Of a DNA stretch of 64,000 nucleotides, positions 56,700 through 64,000 are shown in pieces. The translations under genes and the position numbers were made by a program. Source of the stretch: Patescibacteria group bacterium (GTDB lineage Bacteria > Omnitrophota > Gorgyraeia > Gygaellales > Profunditerraquicolaceae); assembly GCA_035506195.1 (NCBI GenBank), contig DATJPV010000048.1, positions 2,011 through 66,010 on the forward strand. Reading direction: 5' to 3'. Below the pieces are notes generated by a model. The model was not told the origin of the DNA, searched no databases, and saw only the letters and a program-made list of their open reading frames with translations. The first letter of the stretch is position 1. The number at the start of each line of letters is the position of its first letter.

Positions 56700-56793
56700 T
56701 CAGCCTGACTCACGCGCAGCCCAAAATTCTCTGCGATAATTTTGGGCTGTTCGTCAGATTTCGCTGAATAAAAGCTTAAGGTTCTCAAGGAGG
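56700..56793 (+). repeat. Structured intergenic element, copy 3
   Basis: TCAGC-CTGAC...CAGCCCAAAATT-9nt-AATTTTGGGCTG...GTCAG-ATTTC-GCTGA...AAAGCTTAAGGTTCTCAAGGAGG. Confidence 0.8.
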
Positions 56794-56797
56794 GTCT

Positions 56798-57667
56798 ATG
56801 AAAGTTTACATTAACGGCAAGATGTATGAGAAGAGCATGGCCAAGGTTTCCGTGTTTGACCACGGTCTTTTATACGGCGACGGGGTCTTCGAAGGCATCC
56901 GCGCCTATAACGGGCTGGTCTTTAAATTGAGAGAGCATATCGACCGGCTCTACGAGTCCGCCCATTCGATCATGCTGGATGTGTCGATGGCCAAGCAGGA
57001 GATGATCAATGCGGTGGTCAAGACCCTGAAGGCGAATAATCTCAAGGACGCCTATATCCGCCTTATCATTACCCGCGGCGAAGGCGACCTCGGGCTTGAC
57101 CCGCGCAAATGCAGGGGGAATGCGACCGTCATCATTATCGCCGACAAGGTGGCGTTGTACCCTGAACGGCTCTATAAAGAGGGGCTTTCCATCATCACCG
57201 TGCCTACGATCAGGAACCTTCCGGAGGCCCTGAACCCTCAGATCAAATCCCTGAATTACCTGAACAATATCCTGGCCAAGATCGAGGCGATCAATTCCGG
57301 CTCCGACGAGGCGATCATGCTCGATTCCCTCGGCTACGTGGCGGAATGCACCGGAGACAATATCTTTATCGTCAAATCGAACCACCTCTACACGCCGCCG
57401 CAATGCATGGGGACCCTGCGCGGTATCACCCGCGACACAGTGTTGGAGATCTCCAGGCGGGACAGGATCCCGGTGCACGAGCACGTGCTGACGCGCCATG
57501 AGGTGTTCATTTCCGACGAATGTTTCCTGACCGGTACCGCGGCGGAGATCATTCCCGTCGTCAAGGTCGACGGCCGGACGATCGGAAGCGGCAAGCCGGG
57601 CAAGATGACGTTGAGCCTCATCAAAAAGTTCCGGCAGGTCACCAAGACCGAAGGGGTCAAATATTGA
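56798..57667 (+). CDS. ilvE: Branched-chain amino acid aminotransferase
   Basis: YGDGVFEGIR, KSLNYLN, ECTGDNIF, TGTAAEI. Confidence 0.93.
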   Translation: MKVYINGKMYEKSMAKVSVFDHGLLYGDGVFEGIRAYNGLVFKLREHIDRLYESAHSIMLDVSMAKQEMINAVVKTLKANNLKDAYIRLIITRGEGDLGLDPRKCRGNATVIIIADKVALYPERLYKEGLSIITVPTIRNLPEALNPQIKSLNYLNNILAKIEAINSGSDEAIMLDSLGYVAECTGDNIFIVKSNHLYTPPQCMGTLRGITRDTVLEISRRDRIPVHEHVLTRHEVFISDECFLTGTAAEIIPVVKVDGRTIGSGKPGKMTLSLIKKFRQVTKTEGVKY

Positions 57668-58194
57668 TGCTGTGCGATATCTGTAATAAAAACCAGGCCA
57701 CCGTGCATCTGACCGAGATCATCGATGATCAGATGAACGAACTGCATCTGTGCGAGGAATGCGCCCGTCAGAAGAGCGCCCAGATGGAGCAGCAGTTCGG
57801 CTTAAGCGACCTTTTGGCTGGGATGGCGCAGTCCGAAAAGCCCAACGCGGAAAAAGAGGCCTTGAACCTGAAATGCCCCAGCTGCAAGCTTACCTACGCG
57901 GATTTCAAAAAGATAGGCCGGCTCGGCTGCGGCGACTGTTATGTGACGTTCAAGAGGTTTTTAAGCCCCCTGTTAAAAAGGATCCACGGCTCAAGCCAAC
58001 ATTTCGGCAAGACCCCGTTTAAGACGGGCGGCAAGGCCGTCAGGAAAAAGGCCGACCTGCAGGAACTGCGCGCCGGGCTTCAGAAGGCTATCGAAGCCGA
58101 GGATTTCGAAGAGGCGGCAAGGCTGCGCGACCAGATCAGAGAAATGGAAAGGCAGCAGCATAACGAAGGAAAGGCGACGGAACATGACGCTTGA
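57667..58194 (+). CDS. mcsA: McsA (CxxC motifs plus UVR domain)
   Basis: CDIC, CEEC, CPSC, GRLGCGDC, EDFEEAARLRD; TGATG overlap with ilvE. Confidence 0.93.
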   Translation: MLCDICNKNQATVHLTEIIDDQMNELHLCEECARQKSAQMEQQFGLSDLLAGMAQSEKPNAEKEALNLKCPSCKLTYADFKKIGRLGCGDCYVTFKRFLSPLLKRIHGSSQHFGKTPFKTGGKAVRKKADLQELRAGLQKAIEAEDFEEAARLRDQIREMERQQHNEGKATEHDA

Positions 58195-59233
58195 TGAATT
58201 GCTGCATCATTCCAGCGAATGGCTGAAGAGTACCGGCCCCAATTCCGATATCGTTATCTCAAGCCGCATCCGGCTGGCCAGGAATCTCGATAAATTCCCT
58301 TTTCCGCACTGGGCGTCTAAAAAGCAGGGCGAAGAGGTCCTGCTTGCCATCGAAGGGGCGGTTTCGCGCGTAGAGTACCTGAAGAATACGACGGTATTCC
58401 ATCTGGCGGACTTAGACAGCGTGGATAAACAGTTCCTGGTCGAAAGGCACCTGATGTCGCATGAACACGCCCAGAAGACAAACCATAAAGCGGTCATCAT
58501 CGATAGCGAAGAGATCGTGGCGATCATGGTCAACGAAGAGGACCACCTGCGCATGCAGGTCATGCAGTCGGGCTTTAACCTGCGGGGGGCATGGGAGATC
58601 ATCAACAGCATAGACGATGCCTTGGCAAAGGAGCTGCCCATCGCGTTCCTTCCGGAGTGGGGGTACCTGACGGCCTGCCCCACCAATACCGGCACCGGGA
58701 TGCGCGGCTCCGTTATGCTGCACCTGCCGGCCCTGGTGATGACCCGTCAGATCAACCGCGTGTTGGCGGCGATCTCTAAATTAAGCTTTACTACCCGCGG
58801 CCTGTACGGCGAAGGCACGGAAGCAACGGGTAATTTCTTTCAGATCTCTAATCAGGTATCGCTGGGCCATAGCGAAGACGAGATCATCGAGAACATCAAC
58901 GGCCTGATCCGGCAGATCATCGAGCAGGAGAATCAGGCGCGGGAAATGCTGATGCTGCGCAGCAAGGCGATGCTGGAAGACAGGATCAGCCGCGGCTTCG
59001 GGATCCTCAAGAGCGCGCACATCATTTCCAGCCAGGAGACGATCGAGCTTTTGTCTATGGTAAGGCTGGGCAGCGACCTCGGCCTGCTCAAGGATATCGA
59101 CCGCCGGTCGATAAACGAGCTTTTCATCGTCACCCAGCCGGCGCACCTGCAGAAGATCGAGAACAAAAGATTGAATTCCCAGGAACGCGACTTAAAACGC
59201 GCGGAGATCATCCGCGATAAATTGAAAACCTAA
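58184..59233 (+). CDS. mcsB: Protein arginine kinase
   Basis: SSRIRLARN, NEEDHLR, CPTNTGTGMR, RGLYGEG. Confidence 0.95.
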   Translation: MTLDELLHHSSEWLKSTGPNSDIVISSRIRLARNLDKFPFPHWASKKQGEEVLLAIEGAVSRVEYLKNTTVFHLADLDSVDKQFLVERHLMSHEHAQKTNHKAVIIDSEEIVAIMVNEEDHLRMQVMQSGFNLRGAWEIINSIDDALAKELPIAFLPEWGYLTACPTNTGTGMRGSVMLHLPALVMTRQINRVLAAISKLSFTTRGLYGEGTEATGNFFQISNQVSLGHSEDEIIENINGLIRQIIEQENQAREMLMLRSKAMLEDRISRGFGILKSAHIISSQETIELLSMVRLGSDLGLLKDIDRRSINELFIVTQPAHLQKIENKRLNSQERDLKRAEIIRDKLKT

Positions 59234-59248
59234 CCACGGAGGCACTGA

Positions 59249-61666
59249 ATGTTTAACCGTTTTACGGAAAGAGCGCGCAAGGTCATTATATTGGCAAAGG
59301 AAGAGGCACGGCGTTTCAACCACGACTACATCGGCACCGAGCACATCCTGCTGGGGCTTATCCGCGAAGGAGAGGGAGTGGCGGCGACCGTGTTGCAGAA
59401 GATGGGCGTATCCTTAGAGAACATCCGCCTGGAGGTCGAAAAGCTCGTCCAGCCCGGTCCTACGACCCAGATCATCGGAGACATCCCCTTTACTCCCCGG
59501 GCCAAAAAGGCGCTGGAGCTGGCGGCGGAGGAGGCCCGTTCCCTGGGGCATAATTACATCGGCACCGAGCACCTGCTGCTGGGGCTTATCCGCGAAGGAG
59601 AAGGCGTTGCTTCTCAGGTCCTTCTGAACCTGGGCTTGGATTTGAATACGGTCAGAAATGAGGTCATGGATATCCTCGGTTCGGCGCTCCCCGGCTTTGG
59701 CCAGACCGCGCAGAAAACCAAGACCCCCGCCCTGGATGCTTTCGGCAGGGACCTGACCGCCCTGGCAAAAGAGAATAAACTGGACCCGGTCATCAACCGC
59801 AAGATGGAGATCGAGCGGGTCATTCAGATATTAAGCCGCCGGACCAAGAACAATCCCGTGCTCCTCGGCGAGGCAGGGGTCGGCAAGACCGCCATCGTCG
59901 AAGGCCTGGCCCAGGCGATCATCGCCGGTAACGTCCCGGAGATCCTGCACGGCAAGCGCATCGTGGTCCTGGACCTGGCATTGATGATCGCCGGCACCAA
60001 ATACCGCGGCCAGTTCGAGGAAAGGATCAAGGCGGTCATGGAAGAGATCAAGCGCTCTCAGGAAGTGATCATCTTCGTCGATGAGCTGCATACGCTGGTG
60101 GGCGCGGGCGCTGCGGAAGGGGCGATCGACGCCTCCAATATCCTGAAGCCTTCGCTTTCCCGCGGAGAGATCCAGTGTATCGGCGCCACCACCCTGGATG
60201 AGTACAGGAAATACATCGAGAAAGACGCTGCCCTGGAACGCCGTTTCCAGACGATCATGGTTGAACCGCCTTCGGTCGAGCAGACCATCGATATCCTCAA
60301 GGGCCTGCGCGATAAATACGAGGCCCATCACCGCGTCACCTTCAAGGACGAAGCCCTGGAGGCCGCGGCGAAGATGTCCGACCGGTATATCTCGGGCAGG
60401 TTCCTGCCGGACAAGGCCATCGACCTGATCGATGAGGCGGGTTCCCGCGCAAGGCTCAACGTCCTCATCGTGCCTCCGGATATCAAGAAGCTGGAGGAGA
60501 AGGTTGAGTCTTTACGCAAGGAAAAAGAGGCATACATAAAGAGCCAGGATTTTGAAAAAGCGGCAGCCCTGCGCGACCAGGAAAGGACAGCGCGCCAGGA
60601 ATTGGAGCAGCTCAACAAGGAATGGTCCCAGGCAAAGGATAAGATGCGGCCGCAGGTAGGCGACGAAGAGATCGCCAAGATCGTTTCGCAGTGGACCGGC
60701 ATACCCATCTTCCGTCTCGAGGAGAAAGAAAGCGCCAAGCTTTTGAAGATCGAAGATGAGCTGCACGTGCGCGTTGTCGGCCAGGAAGAGGCCATCCGCG
60801 CCATCGCCTCGGCTATCCGCAGGTCCCGCGCGGGCATCAAGGATCCCCGCCGGCCTATCGGCTCCTTCATTTTCCTGGGGCCCACCGGCGTAGGAAAGAC
60901 CCTTTTGGCCAGGGCCCTGGCCGAGGTCATGTTCGGCGACGAGGACGCGCTCCTGCAGCTGGACATGTCCGAGTATATGGAGAAGTTCAACGTCTCCCGG
61001 CTCATCGGCGCGCCTCCCGGCTATGTAGGCTATGAAGAGGGGGGCCAGTTGACCGAACGGGTCAGGCGCAGGCCGTATTCGGTGGTGCTGTTGGATGAGA
61101 TCGAAAAGGCGCATCCCGACGTATTCAACCTCCTGTTACAGGTGTTTGAGGACGGTCGGCTCACCGACAGCTTTGCCAGAAAAGTGGATTTCCGCAACAC
61201 CCTGATGTTGATGACTTCTAACGTCGGCGCGGAATTGATCCGCAAGGCAAGCTCCCTGGGATTTGCCAACCGCAAAGAAGAGATCACCTACCAGGAGATG
61301 AAGGAAAAGCTCCTGGAAGAGGTAAAACGGACCTTCAAGCCGGAGTTCCTTAACCGTATCGACGACGTCATCGTGTTCAAGCCGTTGACTAAGGAAGACC
61401 TGCAGCGGATCGTCGATATCGAGATAGGCTACGTCGCTGACCGGCTCAAGGAACAGGGCATCAAGCTTGAGCTTACCCCGGAGGCAAGGGATTTTCTCAT
61501 CGAAAAAGGTTTTGATCCGGTTTTCGGCGCCAGGCCCCTGAAAAGGACCATTCAGCGCTTCGTCGAGGATTCTCTGGCTTCGGATATCATCTCCAAGAAA
61601 TTCCAGACCGGAGCAACGGTCAAGCTCTTGCGTAAAAACGAAGAGCTTACTTTTGAACAGGTATGA
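59249..61666 (+). CDS. clpC: ATP-dependent Clp protease ATPase ClpC
   Basis: Double Clp-N repeats, [11 protein letters not shown]-type middle domain, GPTGVGKT. Confidence 0.96.
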   Translation: MFNRFTERARKVIILAKEEARRFNHDYIGTEHILLGLIREGEGVAATVLQKMGVSLENIRLEVEKLVQPGPTTQIIGDIPFTPRAKKALELAAEEARSLGHNYIGTEHLLLGLIREGEGVASQVLLNLGLDLNTVRNEVMDILGSALPGFGQTAQKTKTPALDAFGRDLTALAKENKLDPVINRKMEIERVIQILSRRTKNNPVLLGEAGVGKTAIVEGLAQAIIAGNVPEILHGKRIVVLDLALMIAGTKYRGQFEERIKAVMEEIKRSQEVIIFVDELHTLVGAGAAEGAIDASNILKPSLSRGEIQCIGATTLDEYRKYIEKDAALERRFQTIMVEPPSVEQTIDILKGLRDKYEAHHRVTFKDEALEAAAKMSDRYISGRFLPDKAIDLIDEAGSRARLNVLIVPPDIKKLEEKVESLRKEKEAYIKSQDFEKAAALRDQERTARQELEQLNKEWSQAKDKMRPQVGDEEIAKIVSQWTGIPIFRLEEKESAKLLKIEDELHVRVVGQEEAIRAIASAIRRSRAGIKDPRRPIGSFIFLGPTGVGKTLLARALAEVMFGDEDALLQLDMSEYMEKFNVSRLIGAPPGYVGYEEGGQLTERVRRRPYSVVLLDEIEKAHPDVFNLLLQVFEDGRLTDSFARKVDFRNTLMLMTSNVGAELIRKASSLGFANRKEEITYQEMKEKLLEEVKRTFKPEFLNRIDDVIVFKPLTKEDLQRIVDIEIGYVADRLKEQGIKLELTPEARDFLIEKGFDPVFGARPLKRTIQRFVEDSLASDIISKKFQTGATVKLLRKNEELTFEQV

Positions 61667-62466
61667 TTTTTAGTCGCAACCCCATATCGGCGTCGATTAT
61701 CTTGATCGGCAAAAGGGCGATAGCCTTCGGGTATTTTCTGGGAGGCTTAAGCCGGCTGTCCTTCGAGACGTTCTACTGGGCCTTCGTGCCTCCGTACAAG
61801 AAAGAACGGATATTCGAGCAGGCCAAGAGGGCAGGCGTCGACAGCTTGCCGCTCGTTTCGCTGATCGGTTTCTTTATGGGCGTGATCCTGGCGTTCCAGA
61901 CCGCATACCTGATGCAGAAACTCGGCTCTGAAATGTATATCGCCAGTATCGTCGCGCTTTCCCTGGTGCGGGAACTGGGGCCGGTGATCACCGCGCTGGT
62001 AGTGGCCGGCCGCGTAGGCGCGGCCATCGCCGCCGAGATCGGCTCCATGCAGGTGACCGAGCAGATAGACGCGCTGGAGACCATGGCCACCAACCCCATT
62101 AAATACCTGGTGGTGCCCAGGTTCCTGGCGTTAAGCCTGATGCTTCCGATCCTGGTTTTATACTCGGACATCATCGGTATTCTCGGCGGGTATATGATCT
62201 GCGTATACCGCCTGGGGATCCCCGGCAGCATGTACATGACCATAACCTTCGACTCCCTGTTGTATAAAGATGTCTTCACGGGCCTTGCCAAGACCGTGTT
62301 TTTCGGCATGATCATCGCCCTGGTCAGCTGTTATCAGGGCTTTAACGTCGAAGGCGGAGCGGTAGGCGTGGGAAGGGCGACCATGCGTGCGGTAGTCACT
62401 ACGTTCATTCTGATCCTGGCCGCCGACTGTTTCTTTACGGCCTTGTTCTATTTTATTTTCCCTTAG
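61663..62466 (+). CDS. mlaE: MlaE-family ABC permease
   Basis: RELGPV, AEIGSMQVTEQIDAL, GVGRAT. Confidence 0.92.
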   Translation: MIFSRNPISASIILIGKRAIAFGYFLGGLSRLSFETFYWAFVPPYKKERIFEQAKRAGVDSLPLVSLIGFFMGVILAFQTAYLMQKLGSEMYIASIVALSLVRELGPVITALVVAGRVGAAIAAEIGSMQVTEQIDALETMATNPIKYLVVPRFLALSLMLPILVLYSDIIGILGGYMICVYRLGIPGSMYMTITFDSLLYKDVFTGLAKTVFFGMIIALVSCYQGFNVEGGAVGVGRATMRAVVTTFILILAADCFFTALFYFIFP

Positions 62467-62467
62467 C

Positions 62468-63250
62468 ATGATCGACATAAAAAATCTATCGAAGGTATTC
62501 AATAGCCGCCAGGTCATAGACGGCCTCAACCTGAAGATCGAGACCGGCCAGACCCTGGTGATCATCGGTCGTTCCGGCTGCGGCAAGAGCGTCCTGTTAA
62601 AGCACATCATCGGCTTATTGAAGCCCGACCACGGGCACATCTATATTGACGGTAAAGACGTTACCGTCTTGAATACCGACGAAATGAACGCCTTGCGCAC
62701 AAGGGTAGGCATGGTGTTCCAGGGCGCGGCACTGTTCGATTATATGACCGTAGGCGAGAACGTCGGCTTTAGCCTCATCGAACACGGCCACGTGGACCGT
62801 ACGGAACTTTTGGAGCGGGTAGAGGAATCGCTGGCGATGGTCGACCTTCACGGCATAGGCAACCTTATGCCGTCGGAACTTAGCGGCGGGATGAAAAAAC
62901 GCGTCTCCCTTGCCCGGACGATATGCAATCGCCCGGAGATCATCCTGTATGACGAGCCGACGACGGGAGTGGACCCCATCACCGCGGATAGTATCAACGA
63001 GCTTATCAGGAGCCTGCACGATAAATTAAAGGTTACCTCGATCGTCGTGACGCACGATATGAAAAGCGCCTATAAGATCGCGGACAGGATCGCGATGATG
63101 TACCAGGGCAAGATCATCGCCGAAGGGGCGCCCGCGGAGATCGAGCACAGCCAGCACCCCGTGGTGCATCAGTTTGTTAACGGCCTGGCCCATGGTCCCA
63201 TCACCGAGACCATCGAACACTGCCGGCCGGGAGATATTTGTATTACCTGA
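62468..63250 (+). CDS. mlaF: MlaF-family ABC ATPase
   Basis: GRSGCGKS, FQGAALFD, LSGGMKKR, YDEPT. Confidence 0.92.
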   Translation: MIDIKNLSKVFNSRQVIDGLNLKIETGQTLVIIGRSGCGKSVLLKHIIGLLKPDHGHIYIDGKDVTVLNTDEMNALRTRVGMVFQGAALFDYMTVGENVGFSLIEHGHVDRTELLERVEESLAMVDLHGIGNLMPSELSGGMKKRVSLARTICNRPEIILYDEPTTGVDPITADSINELIRSLHDKLKVTSIVVTHDMKSAYKIADRIAMMYQGKIIAEGAPAEIEHSQHPVVHQFVNGLAHGPITETIEHCRPGDICIT

Positions 63251-63277
63251 CATATTCATTACAACTGGAGGTTCGAA

Positions 63278-63967
63278 ATGATATTCGGACAAACTAAACT
63301 CGAGTTGAAGGTAGGTATCTTTGTGTTTGTGGGCCTCATCATACTTACCATCTTCATCCTGAAGATCGGCGATTTCCGGACCGCCGCTATGGGGCACCCG
63401 GTGAATTTCGTGTTCCATTTTACCAACGGCGTCAAGACCGGAGCGCCGGTGCGATTTGCCGGAGTGGACATCGGAGAGATCAAAGATATTGTTTTTATAA
63501 CCTCCAAAGACCAGGATAAGACCCAGGTCAGGCTCACCGGTTGGATCAGGAAGGACGTCAAGATCCCCCGGGATTCGACGGTCTGGGTCAACACGCTGGG
63601 CCTGTTGGGGGAGAAGTATATCGAGATCATGCCCGGCAAGAATTACGCGGACTGCGTCGTCGATAATGATACCCTGGTCGGCAACGACCCGCTGGCGATG
63701 CACGAGTTAGGAGAGATCGCCAAGAATGTCGTCATGGACCTGGATGCGGTCATCGTCAAGATCAAGAACAACGAGGGCACGATCGGCAAACTCCTGTCTG
63801 ACGAGTCCCTCTACAAAGAACTGGAAGCTTCTATCGTTGCCTTGCGCCAGCAATTGCAGGCTACCATCGGCAACGTCGGTACCAACTTAGACGGCCTGAT
63901 TAGCGATGTCAGGGCCAACCCTTGGAAGCTCTTTTGGAAGACCAAAGAAAAGCCGCCTAAAAAATAA
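63278..63967 (+). CDS. mlaD: MlaD/MCE domain protein
   Basis: TM, GAPVRFAGVDIGEI, GLLGEKYIEI. Confidence 0.9.
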   Translation: MIFGQTKLELKVGIFVFVGLIILTIFILKIGDFRTAAMGHPVNFVFHFTNGVKTGAPVRFAGVDIGEIKDIVFITSKDQDKTQVRLTGWIRKDVKIPRDSTVWVNTLGLLGEKYIEIMPGKNYADCVVDNDTLVGNDPLAMHELGEIAKNVVMDLDAVIVKIKNNEGTIGKLLSDESLYKELEASIVALRQQLQATIGNVGTNLDGLISDVRANPWKLFWKTKEKPPKK

Positions 63968-64000
63968 ATGAAGTCCGCTAAATCCAAGACTGTTTTCAGT
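63968..64000 (+). CDS. Possible start of the next gene (MKSAKSKTVFS...), truncated by the window edge
   Basis: ATG immediately after the mlaD stop; frame open to the end. Confidence 0.35.
   Translation, partial: MKSAKSKTVFS

Overview
Gene-dense bacterial window with almost every gene on the + strand. Gene content suggests a diderm, PVC-like organism, possibly Candidatus Omnitrophota; this is inference, not a database result. 1-15.8 kb is a cell-surface glycan/envelope modification cluster. It holds four paralogous membrane-anchored SGNH-type enzymes whose catalytic domain is split by a TPR insert, plus GT2, GT-C-like, methyltransferase, PAP2 and two alkaline-phosphatase-superfamily paralogs. 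15.8-28.6 kb is accessory: an unannotated 56-aa ORF, a type IV pilin, an ECF sigma/anti-sigma/Spy unit with a duplicated sigmaE-type promoter, a CBM protein, a processive GT2 behind an attenuator-like leader, a membrane-anchored HNH protein, a GH5-like hydrolase and a TMTC-like protein. 28.7-64 kb is core metabolism: pur cluster, tsaC-LMW-phosphatase fusion, rpiB, glyA, nrdR, cca, ydbH/ynbE-ydbL, htpX, lysS, lolE/lolD, ilvE-mcsA-mcsB-clpC and mlaEFD. The most striking unexplained signal is a ~90-115 nt structured intergenic element present three times (before pilZ, htpX and ilvE-mcsA-mcsB-clpC). It has covarying stems, a conserved GATTTCGCT motif and a 3' tail that contains the downstream Shine-Dalgarno. 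I saw no rRNA, tRNA, CRISPR array or transposase.
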